This document shows, piece after piece, positions 12,301-21,740 of a stretch of 64,000 nucleotides of DNA. Under the pieces are notes generated by a model, which saw nothing but the letters and a program-made list of their open reading frames with translations, was not told the DNA's origin and searched no databases. Within the stretch, counting starts at the first letter, position 1. Each line of letters starts with the position of its first letter. The translations under genes were made by a program, and so were the position numbers. Origin of the DNA: a virus (taxonomy: Duplodnaviria > Caudoviricetes); IMG/VR virus record IMGVR_UViG_3300044551_000092, positions 128,001-192,000 of that record. The stretch is one strand, 5' to 3'.

Positions 12301-14294
12301 TATCGACCATTCTTTATGATCAGTTAACCGGCCGCATTGATAACCTGTCCGGGACTGGGAATCCGATGAGTCAAGTTGCTATCAGTACTCGCCAATTCTG
12401 TGATCGATATATCCGGAATCAAGTTGATACGAAAAAATATAATGTGAACGGAAAATATATTCCCGTCAAATATATTGGTGTTGTCAAAAACTCATCGAAG
12501 GGTAAAGTGTTTGTTTCTGGCACGGGAAATGGACCAATTCTTGTATTCTCAAACAGTACTTTTGACCGAAGTCGAGTAAATTGTAAAGTTGTGGCCTGGA
12601 CAATGGATGAGAATCTTGAAGCCACACCGATCTATGCCGTAAAATATGATCACGCGCGTAAAATTGACATTGATATGCCTCAAGTCCCGAGTACCGAAGT
12701 TCAGCTTCGTCAATGGTTTATGCGTATTCGCGAAGGCCATTTTCAAACAAGAATTAATCTGCCTTATTATGAAGAAAAAGAGAAAACTCCAGCAATTTAC
12801 ACGGCTTACCCTGACCTTGTTGCATATAAACCATCAGCAATTGATCAGCCCGTTTCTGTCCTGTGCGAATATGGCGTGCCAGATTATGACCGACAGGCAT
12901 TTTTTGCTAAACCTTATCAACTGATTCAAAAAGAAAAAGCGTTGATTTTAAATGAGCAGGCTATCCAGACCTGTCATCATCCGATTGTCCTGAAATCAGT
13001 TGCCGGCATTTCTTACCTTGAAGTTGAGGCGGTACGGCGAAATCATGCTCATCTAATCAGCATCAAAGATATTGATGCTCAAAAAGGAATTATCTACTTA
13101 AACGATCATCTTCATTCGCAAGATGAAGTCTACGTTCGTTATGCTTATTATGAAAATCACTTAATTTACAAGGGGTTTCAAAAATCAGGCAAATATTTTT
13201 ATTTAGATATGAACCCCAGTCAAGGTCATCGTGTGACGGTAAGCACTGAAGGCAACCGTAGTCTAATTCCAATGGATCTTGAAATCAACGATCACACTTC
13301 AATCAACGAAACGGAATCAAATGAGCTATTAGTCCGGCCAATTTCGATATATCTTAGGCCAATCAACATCTATACGGAGGACTATCATGTGATCCATCAT
13401 GAAACGCGCAACATCATTGCCCATACCGATCAGGAGGAAGTTTTCGAATCAGACAGTTATGACTATGATCCTGCGCTTTTCCAATTGGGAAAGATCTATG
13501 CGCAGGCAAACAGTGAGTTGAAAAAAGACATGGTCATCCTGGATACTCGGACAAGAGGCGGTGGGCTGGATGAGATGCTGAGTCGTGATCTTATAAAACA
13601 AATCAATAAAGAATCTCTATATCACTGGGATATTGGCTTTTTTGATGGTGAAGCTTTTCAAGAGAATGGGATCTTTACTTTACACCTTCCTAGCACTATC
13701 CTAGACCATTATACGGAAGCGGAAGTCCAACGCCTGGTGGGTAAATATAAAGCCTTAGGAACTCTGCCTATTATCGAATATTTTAACCCGAATGAATTGA
13801 AAATCGAGCGGTTTAATTTACTGCAGCATTATGATTTCAGTAAAGATGACAAGCTATCGTATCATCAAAAGAAATTAGACTCCGGTTCCTTCTCGCTTTA
13901 TAATACGCGCGGGACAAGGGCCATGCGTTTTATCGACCATGCGCAGTATGGTCTATCTCTCCCGGGTTATCTGTTCGCCGACAAGCCTTCTATTACTTTA
14001 AGTATCACTGGATGTATTCAGGAGGATTCCACACCGCGCCATGCGGCAGAGATGACAGTTTATTATACTGATGGTACTTCTCAATCATTTACCGGTCCTA
14101 TTATTAAAGATGCTGCTTTTACAACATATACTGCTCAATTTATGATTCAAAAAGAGCAAAAAACTATTAGAAAAGTATTACTTTATCTAAATGATCGTGA
14201 TAGTAAAGTCGAAGGGTATGGATATATTCTAAAAGTTTTACTAAAAGGTGAAACACCAGTTGATTCGGAATCCACTGAAATACACGCTATATGA
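9306..14294 (+). CDS. giant putative virion structural protein with a TSP-C-like lectin domain
   Basis: 1662 aa; DDDLVGVLFRVQDTKNFYMLVM motif; AAGGAG SD. Confidence 0.6.
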   Translation: MPEDLTEYKKLLSNGTKTMRIGQTVPEGDVNTSYIHTPEVSPDQNLSLVRYTSKTDNMIPLEQQKNLAVPDQNGRLNYVNLSEDNAPITLKAPYEAFPDKDPIVTRHFKNDHFSLSSALYYLFEIKYHLDSKSGDPNRIVKYTGNQIQITDENGNALDDNYAYEIYVKAMADNPYIYWVKIYLGFNTDEEHTYKIRYNHIDHVVDPAHMQNADHKTIELYTNSNNQIVISSVTKQLVESGKLRIVNGLSASKKVDQLSDYNADDEVYQAVLNEKHDGYHVNVTQKAEADPREHTQFNYKIIAHFWNGDRSKEQKVTTGFIEDWVMDPSALLAYEKNEYQGSYKLLSIPINDQPLTVNQLIHKSLPFTTEDVANDAVYEIYDAQDRLLYSTLNSPDNKNVETSIPDALGKVAAAKAAEKKAAWINAMHSNIRLITQPFKHGCTLWGEKTKTHWAFEWKATGQGEKHMLQVFSTSFSVKADVTVHKSSGDTKTTVESDKFIITLTDHIQRRIHDDEVDTIMKPYIDKAAGGSSWSVNRYSVESDSNKLITYIDEIDEGHIWGKTTDPLAGEIQKIPWSTSDNALDVEGVGSVIFHEDGDYTVYFGPLVLPTNLVPDDVFNFHWNKPIITSGDQVDIYLKEDGETLTLTMPTPTITQLSNHIEINQDSLLKREGIKPMTGNIFADGDLYDKLGIKNTDPLDIALRLERGNSTKEPSFQINYRFEVNKGEEVRYPVDQFQNQLGANRLRLSQFLSSFNRVDFAIDYNVLWPKTKTTEMKDLFARNAPGAVMIEENEGDATWQIVNGVLKDDDNTQKFIASYNTQFDHTSSHLTDFTFTPRGQDDDLVGVLFRVQDTKNFYMLVMECDTPQNTSGSYRVESTQPESVFEWDKYPRKSAPTYNEYNYYRGWKTYHHRIYQVKNGNKILIKEYSTTDNRGYLKEQTNNIRIIANGKQTDIYFQYGFPDHEDSDTQNWMHLYTINTEWDNGSFGICNYSMRVEFNRISTILYDQLTGRIDNLSGTGNPMSQVAISTRQFCDRYIRNQVDTKKYNVNGKYIPVKYIGVVKNSSKGKVFVSGTGNGPILVFSNSTFDRSRVNCKVVAWTMDENLEATPIYAVKYDHARKIDIDMPQVPSTEVQLRQWFMRIREGHFQTRINLPYYEEKEKTPAIYTAYPDLVAYKPSAIDQPVSVLCEYGVPDYDRQAFFAKPYQLIQKEKALILNEQAIQTCHHPIVLKSVAGISYLEVEAVRRNHAHLISIKDIDAQKGIIYLNDHLHSQDEVYVRYAYYENHLIYKGFQKSGKYFYLDMNPSQGHRVTVSTEGNRSLIPMDLEINDHTSINETESNELLVRPISIYLRPINIYTEDYHVIHHETRNIIAHTDQEEVFESDSYDYDPALFQLGKIYAQANSELKKDMVILDTRTRGGGLDEMLSRDLIKQINKESLYHWDIGFFDGEAFQENGIFTLHLPSTILDHYTEAEVQRLVGKYKALGTLPIIEYFNPNELKIERFNLLQHYDFSKDDKLSYHQKKLDSGSFSLYNTRGTRAMRFIDHAQYGLSLPGYLFADKPSITLSITGCIQEDSTPRHAAEMTVYYTDGTSQSFTGPIIKDAAFTTYTAQFMIQKEQKTIRKVLLYLNDRDSKVEGYGYILKVLLKGETPVDSESTEIHAI

Positions 14295-14317
14295 TGATAT
14301 AATGAGGAGGAAGTAAA

Positions 14318-15367
14318 ATGCCAGTATCAGAACAACGAGATGTCATTCCCTTTGTTAATAACTTGGAAAAAGAAATTAATAATCTAAATATATCTGTTTC
14401 AAGTTGGATTCAATCTGAGGATCGGATCAATGCTAAAATAAAAGATGTCGATGCAAATACCTATCGCTCACAAACGGCTGTTGTAAAGGCGGATGAGGCT
14501 ATTTCAGAAGTCAATAATGCAACGGTGGGGATTGTAGCGAACCGTGGTCAGCGCCTTGCTGCACTGCTTCAGCAAATGCGTGAGCAGATCTTAGAGGCAG
14601 CTGCCAATCAAGAGAAAAAGGGCGGCGGTACCGGTGCTTATGATAAACGAATCAATTCAGAGATTGATAACGCAGTAGCTCAAATCAGTCCTTTTGTGAA
14701 GGATGGTCTAAAATTAGATTATCGCTTTAAAAGCTTAGAAAAATTAGCAAATAACGCATTAAAAGAACTGATACTGCCCTATAAAATAACAGCTGAAGCA
14801 AATGGAACAGAATATGATCTACCAGCCATTGAAAATGTAACGCCAATTGAAGGGACGGTTACTATCCTTAATCAAGACCTAATTCCTTTATTTACGAATG
14901 ATCACAGTAATCTAATTGCAGGCGAGCTGAATAGCGATGGCCATATCTTATTCAATAATGAGATCCATCAGACGGTGAACTTGTATTTCCCGGCAAAAAT
15001 TGCATTCAACAATATTCCGAAAGATTTTGTAATGATTACCGTTGAAATGATGCTTGAGAAAAATAGTAAGTTAATGAAAAGCATTCTAACGTTTCAAGAA
15101 ACTTTAGATAAACTCATAAATACGGTGGAACAAATGCAAGGAGCCCATTGGACAGCAGATTTATCCATCGTTAAAAATCATCAGGATATTATCAAAGAAA
15201 AGATTACGCCAAAAAGCTTAGGCGTAGAAGTTAAAGATGGCATAGCTAACGTCAGCTTTGCCTATGAAGATAATGATTTTTTGAGCCATTTTATTTGTGA
15301 GAAATATGATGATGAAGCTAAAACATGGAAACCATATGATGGTGCTGAGGGCATCATTCCAAAGTAA
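14318..15367 (+). CDS. putative structural coiled-coil protein
   Basis: 349 aa; GAGGAGG SD; heptad-like N-terminal half. Confidence 0.55.
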   Translation: MPVSEQRDVIPFVNNLEKEINNLNISVSSWIQSEDRINAKIKDVDANTYRSQTAVVKADEAISEVNNATVGIVANRGQRLAALLQQMREQILEAAANQEKKGGGTGAYDKRINSEIDNAVAQISPFVKDGLKLDYRFKSLEKLANNALKELILPYKITAEANGTEYDLPAIENVTPIEGTVTILNQDLIPLFTNDHSNLIAGELNSDGHILFNNEIHQTVNLYFPAKIAFNNIPKDFVMITVEMMLEKNSKLMKSILTFQETLDKLINTVEQMQGAHWTADLSIVKNHQDIIKEKITPKSLGVEVKDGIANVSFAYEDNDFLSHFICEKYDDEAKTWKPYDGAEGIIPK

Positions 15368-15399
15368 AAACATTTGCCCGAAGATTGAGGGGAATTTCA

Positions 15400-17862
15400 A
15401 TGAGCAGCCAATTCCTAAATGATTTTCTCTTAACGATGCCAGAGATTCAGCGAAAAAAGATATTGGAATTGCTGGAATTAAAGCAACAAAAAGGTTTTAT
15501 CAAATCAGATGAAGAATTTCAACAAGAACTTAATCGTTTAATGAAAGATCTTGAAAAATATAACGGTCAGCCGACATTCAACCCGATTTCGCAAAGCGGC
15601 CGTACAAACTCAGATGCTTATAATCAGAATATGAACGCGATTCTGTTTGATTTAAAAACTTTGTTTGATGCTTCGAGTCAAATTGATCAGTTGATTGACG
15701 ATAACCAACGCATCTCGCTATCAAAGTTGTCCGACCTGCAAAAACAGGTTCAGACTCTAACGGCACAGGTTGATAAATTTAAATTACTGATCAATTATTC
15801 CAATGCTTTTGATGATGTCATTTATGAGCAGTTCAAAATCCCTGATTATCAGGAAACGGATAAAACTGTACTCAATGAATTGCGAGTAGATCGGTTCGGC
15901 GAGCAACGCCCAGAAACATATGATGCCGAAAGCGATGGCAACAGCCTGCATCTCGCATCTTTTCAGACCCTTGATCAACTAAAGACCAGCTATGGGAAAA
16001 AAACGGCACAGATCAGTGTAAAAAATCGCACTGGTCTTGTTGCATCGAGTACTGAGCATGCGATCGATCAAGCCATTGATGGATCGATCGATACATTCTG
16101 GGCTGAAAATGTAATTGTCGATGACACCATCAATCAAGACATCGACAATCTCTGGGCTAATGACTACAACGGCTATCCGAAGTCTGGCGCACTGTGTGAA
16201 ATTGAAATTATCCTGAATAGTGTCACAGCGGTATCTGAAGTAGATTTCTCACCTTTTACTAACTATCCGCTGGAAGTCGTTAGTATACTTGGCTATGAAG
16301 CACAGGGCACTCAAAGCAAAGTTCATGAGTTGATTTCACCGAATCATACAAATTTATATCAGCGAAGTCAGAAATCAACCGGTAAGATGATTTTTCAATT
16401 TCCGGAAGTCAACATTAAAAAACTGCTTATTCTTATCCGACAGGAAAATTACGTCAAAGAAAACTATATTGTTACAAATGATCAGAAAAACAATCAGCAG
16501 CTTTGGGATAATATGGGCTCGACAGACCAATTTCTTTATGATGAACGAGATCCTGACGAAACGATAGCTGAATTCAATAAAAAGAATGAGGTAACCGGCT
16601 GGAATGTTTATCTACAGAAACTGAAGGAATGGGCAGTTACTGTCAAAGATAGTTCTTTACTTCAAGCAGCTGAAAAGGCTCTTAAAATTATTCAAAACGG
16701 GGATTATAAGAATCCCTTACTGCTCCAATTACAAACGATTTCAGACAAATCTTGGACCGGGAAAAAGGGCGTAAGTGTACCGAATGTCCCCGAACTTTCC
16801 GAACAGTGGTTGGCTGTAAATAAGGTTTCATATTTGTATGGCGCCTATGATATTGGCGTTTTTTCTAAAAAATACTTGGACAATTCAATCTATATTTCAC
16901 AGGAATTGCCCTTTAAAAACAATCCAAAACGATTAGCTTTAACCACTGAAGAGCAAAACGTTGCTATTCAGGTAGATATGGAGCACAGCACTTACGTCAC
17001 TGATATTGAATATTATCTGGCATTTAATGAACATCCAAAGCAAGAAAACTGGTATGCAATACTTCCAACAAATAAACCATACGTACAGGGTGAACTGCTT
17101 TGTGGGCTTAGAAATACTCATACAATTAACGATCAGATTGAGTTCGACCCAGAGGTTGTAAGTTTCACATTGCGTTTTCCTTATTTATCAAAGGATACGG
17201 TAACGATTCGAAGGAATGGGCAGCCCATGCTTTCTAATATGTTTGATCTTTCTGATGACGGGACAACGGTCTCAATTAAACGAGAATTCTATTCGCCGGC
17301 AAGTATCTACACGGCCGATTATAGGCCCGTAGAAAGTGCATTCTATATTGACGTGAACGAGGATGTCGGCCTTACTCCGATGCAATTCAAAATGAAAGAC
17401 GGCACGATCGGGGAGCATTTTGAAGTTGCTGATGCGAATAACAAAATTACCTTGTCTCATTTGCCTTATATCTTCCGGGAGCAGATTTTCTCGATGAATG
17501 ATGGCGATCAATCCTATAAAGAAAACACGTCGCATTACACTTCTGACGATATGTATTATCCCATCATTGTTCGGGTAAATGGGGAAGAATATAAGAATAT
17601 TACAGATTATGCGACCAATTCCTATAACCAAGAACGATTAAAAGAGAATAATGGGAAGTGCTTTGCTCAAATTAACGATCAAGTGATTTTCGGCAGATCC
17701 AACACCGATCTTAAAGATATACAAGTCGATTACTATTTTATGAAAACAAATATCCGCCTTAAAGCTATTTTAAGACGTAATCATAATCTTGATGAAAGTA
17801 TTACACCGCATCTTTACAATTGGCAGCTGCGGAGCCAGACAACAAATATTAAAGATGCCTAA
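15400..17862 (+). CDS. putative structural protein, paralogue family member 1
   Basis: N-terminal S..YN..M...DL motif, coiled coil, discoidin-like AIDG..TFW motif. Confidence 0.6.
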   Translation: MSSQFLNDFLLTMPEIQRKKILELLELKQQKGFIKSDEEFQQELNRLMKDLEKYNGQPTFNPISQSGRTNSDAYNQNMNAILFDLKTLFDASSQIDQLIDDNQRISLSKLSDLQKQVQTLTAQVDKFKLLINYSNAFDDVIYEQFKIPDYQETDKTVLNELRVDRFGEQRPETYDAESDGNSLHLASFQTLDQLKTSYGKKTAQISVKNRTGLVASSTEHAIDQAIDGSIDTFWAENVIVDDTINQDIDNLWANDYNGYPKSGALCEIEIILNSVTAVSEVDFSPFTNYPLEVVSILGYEAQGTQSKVHELISPNHTNLYQRSQKSTGKMIFQFPEVNIKKLLILIRQENYVKENYIVTNDQKNNQQLWDNMGSTDQFLYDERDPDETIAEFNKKNEVTGWNVYLQKLKEWAVTVKDSSLLQAAEKALKIIQNGDYKNPLLLQLQTISDKSWTGKKGVSVPNVPELSEQWLAVNKVSYLYGAYDIGVFSKKYLDNSIYISQELPFKNNPKRLALTTEEQNVAIQVDMEHSTYVTDIEYYLAFNEHPKQENWYAILPTNKPYVQGELLCGLRNTHTINDQIEFDPEVVSFTLRFPYLSKDTVTIRRNGQPMLSNMFDLSDDGTTVSIKREFYSPASIYTADYRPVESAFYIDVNEDVGLTPMQFKMKDGTIGEHFEVADANNKITLSHLPYIFREQIFSMNDGDQSYKENTSHYTSDDMYYPIIVRVNGEEYKNITDYATNSYNQERLKENNGKCFAQINDQVIFGRSNTDLKDIQVDYYFMKTNIRLKAILRRNHNLDESITPHLYNWQLRSQTTNIKDA

Positions 17863-17865
17863 GGG

Positions 17866-20586
17866 GTGTCATCAGTGGCACAGACAAGCAATAATTCAGA
17901 ACTGCTTTATCAACAAGCAAAAACATTATTTGACCAAGCCAAAGCTAAATTCGATGATGGAACCATTCAAACGGAGCCCCAACTCGTACAAGAAGTATTT
18001 CAATCTTTTCAGAAATTCTTTACGTCAATTGGGAAACCGAGTTTTGTGCCGCGTTATGCAACTGAAAACGGTCCGCTCTGGTCAGAAGACTTTAATTCAA
18101 TGATGGATGAAATTCGTATAGATTTAGAAATTCTCTATCGTGAAGCGGATCTATTGGGTGATGCCCTTTATACGGATTTTAATCATCATTCGGTTCAATA
18201 CACGGCAGTTAAGCAACAATTTTCAGAGGTCAATGATAAACTCAAGGATTTAGAAATATATTCAAAGTACACGACTGACGGGATGCTACAATTTGGTCGT
18301 GATGACTTTTTTAATTCTGATCGTATTGATTATGATAAGATTTCAGGAAAGCCTCTTGAAATTCATAACGGTATCCTGACTTTGCCGACCAAGGAGGGCG
18401 CGTCTAATGCGGCCGCAGACGCGCAGATTTCGATTGTAACGGGTAATAAATCGTTTGGTGACTACATACTGGGCTCCGAGTCAAACGGCTTTCCAGGCAA
18501 CAATGCGGAGGTTTCCGTGGTTGCTGATCCATACCTAACCAATGGAGACAGTTACTTCTTTGTCTCGCGCGATAACAATCATGGAAATTACGGTGCGGTG
18601 CTCGACGGGGATGCTAATACGTGGTTTGAATACGAACGGGTAAACGTGCGCGATCAAGAGAAAATCAGGGTGGCGAAGAATTTAGGTTGGGAATATCAGG
18701 TCTATGAAAATAAAACAATACCCTTTGCTAAAGATCCAGAGAATGGAAGACTCAAACTTCATCTTCAAATTATGCTTAAAAAAGAAACAATTATTAATCA
18801 AATCAATGTGAATATGTATACGCCGCCAAATTATGGGGCGCGGACTGCAAACATTAAAGACATTACCGTTGCAGCAGAAAACGGAATCCCAGAATCCATT
18901 CTATCAAGTGTAACAAAAGATGGTTATTCTTTTCACTTTGAGCCTCGTAAAGTAAAAGTTGTACATATCCTTTTCGAACAGTCACAAAAATATATGACCG
19001 ATATTGGTCATCTCTATTTCAAAAAGAAAATCACAACGAAGAAAAACGGTGACTACGTCTTTGATACGCTGAATCAGAACTATCAGGACGATCAGGCAAC
19101 GCGACTCGACGGGCCGAAGATCAGCCTTACGGATCTCGGTGTCAAAGTAGACGTAAAAAATACCGATGTCAGTGCCTACTATCCGGTCAAGGGAGAAAAC
19201 AGTGATGCCATCTCGCTGCAGGAGATCGTCAACCGGATCACGGGAGATATTGATCTAGATACTGTCGATATGGGTATTGAACGCTTTGAGGGCTGGCGCT
19301 ACTGTATTGGAGTTCAGGATATTGAGATTCTGTCAGCGGAATATGAAACCGAAGGAGAGCTTGTCACCAAGCCGATCTATTTTGAGAAACCGCTGGATAA
19401 GATTTCTTTATCAACCGAAAGTGTCCTTCCTGATTTCATTAAAGAAAATCCCGACATTAAATATGACTGGCTAAAATTTTTTATCAGTATCGACGATGGT
19501 TCGACTTGGAATCCGATTACGCCGCTTGAGTATGAAACGATGAGCATGGATGATCCGCCCAAAATTTATACAATTCATCAAGTGCAAGATAGCGATGCAA
19601 AGTTATCTGATAAAGGCTACTTAGAATCAGTAACTCCCGTATACAGTATCCGTTTACGAATTGTTCTGTCACGGCCTGAAGATGCTGAAATATCTTCAAT
19701 GGGTGCTTCAACTGTTACGCCATATCATAGCTATTCAACGCCAAAATTAAACAATTATTTGATTCAAGCCTCGACGCGAGAGATTGATTTAAATACGGAA
19801 GCATTGGATCAAATTAAAAATCTCAACGTGGAGCCAACTTACCCAACTCATGAATACACGCCTCCGACGGTTATTCCTAATCCAATTCCTGAAGATCCGA
19901 CACCTCCGCCGCCTCCGGCACCGCCGGATGACCATGTGGATCCAAATCCGGAGACACCGCCACCAACTTCTAATTTAAAAGTCATCATGGATAATAAAGT
20001 CGCGGAATGGTGCAGCAATAAAGATTTAACGGTTGTGGGTTCAATTACCAGCAATCTAAATCTAAAAAATGCAATATTACTGATTAATGGTCAAGAAATC
20101 AAAAACGAATCGTTAAATAATATAAAGGAGTATGCCTTTAACTGGACAATTACTTCTAAACAATTACAGGATTTAGGATTTGACATCGATGATCAAGTTT
20201 TCATTCAAGTGGGCGGCACCGATGAACTTAAAACAGGAAGCGACAATGAAACGGTCACGCTTATTGATTGCTCAACACCTCCACCGCCGAATGATTGTTG
20301 GGAATTTGATAAACTATTCGTTCATTACTATAATCCAACCAGTCAAAAGATGGAGCAGATTGAACTTTCCGCTACTGTTTTACCTTATACTGCAAGTCTG
20401 TCTGATGGGACACAAGCTATTATTGGTTGGAATCAAGCAAATTCATCAGCCTCAATTACACTACGTAGTGGAAAATTTATTGTCGATGGTGTTGGCGTTC
20501 ATTATATTGATTTTAATAATAATGAAAAAACAGTCTGGAGTTCGACGGCATCAGGCAATATTCCACCAGATACCCCACTGAGTTAA
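17866..20586 (+). CDS. putative structural protein, paralogue family member 2, with Pro-rich linker
   Basis: SEDFNSMM...DL, VLDGDANTWF, poly-Pro linker, beta-rich C-terminal part. Confidence 0.6.
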   Translation: MSSVAQTSNNSELLYQQAKTLFDQAKAKFDDGTIQTEPQLVQEVFQSFQKFFTSIGKPSFVPRYATENGPLWSEDFNSMMDEIRIDLEILYREADLLGDALYTDFNHHSVQYTAVKQQFSEVNDKLKDLEIYSKYTTDGMLQFGRDDFFNSDRIDYDKISGKPLEIHNGILTLPTKEGASNAAADAQISIVTGNKSFGDYILGSESNGFPGNNAEVSVVADPYLTNGDSYFFVSRDNNHGNYGAVLDGDANTWFEYERVNVRDQEKIRVAKNLGWEYQVYENKTIPFAKDPENGRLKLHLQIMLKKETIINQINVNMYTPPNYGARTANIKDITVAAENGIPESILSSVTKDGYSFHFEPRKVKVVHILFEQSQKYMTDIGHLYFKKKITTKKNGDYVFDTLNQNYQDDQATRLDGPKISLTDLGVKVDVKNTDVSAYYPVKGENSDAISLQEIVNRITGDIDLDTVDMGIERFEGWRYCIGVQDIEILSAEYETEGELVTKPIYFEKPLDKISLSTESVLPDFIKENPDIKYDWLKFFISIDDGSTWNPITPLEYETMSMDDPPKIYTIHQVQDSDAKLSDKGYLESVTPVYSIRLRIVLSRPEDAEISSMGASTVTPYHSYSTPKLNNYLIQASTREIDLNTEALDQIKNLNVEPTYPTHEYTPPTVIPNPIPEDPTPPPPPAPPDDHVDPNPETPPPTSNLKVIMDNKVAEWCSNKDLTVVGSITSNLNLKNAILLINGQEIKNESLNNIKEYAFNWTITSKQLQDLGFDIDDQVFIQVGGTDELKTGSDNETVTLIDCSTPPPPNDCWEFDKLFVHYYNPTSQKMEQIELSATVLPYTASLSDGTQAIIGWNQANSSASITLRSGKFIVDGVGVHYIDFNNNEKTVWSSTASGNIPPDTPLS

Positions 20587-20603
20587 AAAGGAGCAACGTT
20601 GTT

Positions 20604-21740
20604 ATGAGTATACAGCATGCGGAATTAATGACGGGTGATCCCGAGCCGAAACAATCGGCTCCTTGGATTAATGAAATTAAAAGCAATCAACTAGGAAATG
20701 CACCGTTGCTTTCCGGAACAGGGACCATTGCTTACTATACATTCGGTTCAGATTGGAATAAAAATCAATGCGGGAACGGTGTTCTGTACGATCCCACTGA
20801 TCAGGATTTCAATCCTCCCGAAGTCAATTTTAATCAAGTACCTAGCTCAATTCCATATCACATGTTGGTTGACGGGCATTATCAAGTCCATATGACTGCT
20901 CACGATGATAAATTGCTTGATGCTGTAAGAGCAGCATATGGAAGTGTCCAAATTGTAGACGAGAAGGATATCGGCGTCAATCAAAAAGAATATGAATTAT
21001 TAATTCCTGTAACAGTTCCGCCTAAAAAGTTACTTCAAGCTGCAAGAATTGCGGACATTGTTTTTATATTCGATACATCTGGAAGCATGGAAGATAATAT
21101 TGACAATGTTAAAGCAAATATTCAGGAATTTATTAACTATTTTAAATCACATAATATTGAAGCTTATATGGGTGTTATGACGACTTGGTATGACGGAGAC
21201 ATCGTTAAGCATAATCTACTGCCGGCTGATCAAGTTAACATTGATGATGTGCATGTGGACGGCAGGGACAAAAGCGGCCTGGAAGAAGAGCAAGGGTGGC
21301 GGAGTTTTACAGACAGCAATTATGGATTACCCTATTTTTATTCTGAGTTTCATTCGAACTCAATTCGTCATTGTATCATGCTTACTGACGCCCGTTTTCG
21401 CGATGACATTCCAAACGATTTAATTAGTGCCTTGAAGTCGAAAGACGTGATTGTCTCAATGATTTGTGATCCGAATAATAATAAAAGTTCGAGTGGGCAG
21501 GCGGAATTTACTATCCTATCTCATGACACCGGCGGAAAAGAATACGATATTTTTAATGCCAATTTTTCAGATCAAATGCTGCAGATCGCAGATCAAATCG
21601 TAAATTCAGCCATTTATGGAATAGATGATACATCAATTACAGTCAGTGGCCACGCCACGGACCTGTCCGGCAATGAAGGTTCAAATTCAACAGTATTGAA
21701 TTTTCATGCTGACAATGTGGATCTGGGTGAAGAATCATGA
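20604..21740 (+). CDS. von Willebrand factor A domain protein
   Basis: DIVFIFDTSGSM (MIDAS DxSxS), CIMLTDA, LSHDTGG. Confidence 0.85.
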   Translation: MSIQHAELMTGDPEPKQSAPWINEIKSNQLGNAPLLSGTGTIAYYTFGSDWNKNQCGNGVLYDPTDQDFNPPEVNFNQVPSSIPYHMLVDGHYQVHMTAHDDKLLDAVRAAYGSVQIVDEKDIGVNQKEYELLIPVTVPPKKLLQAARIADIVFIFDTSGSMEDNIDNVKANIQEFINYFKSHNIEAYMGVMTTWYDGDIVKHNLLPADQVNIDDVHVDGRDKSGLEEEQGWRSFTDSNYGLPYFYSEFHSNSIRHCIMLTDARFRDDIPNDLISALKSKDVIVSMICDPNNNKSSSGQAEFTILSHDTGGKEYDIFNANFSDQMLQIADQIVNSAIYGIDDTSITVSGHATDLSGNEGSNSTVLNFHADNVDLGEES

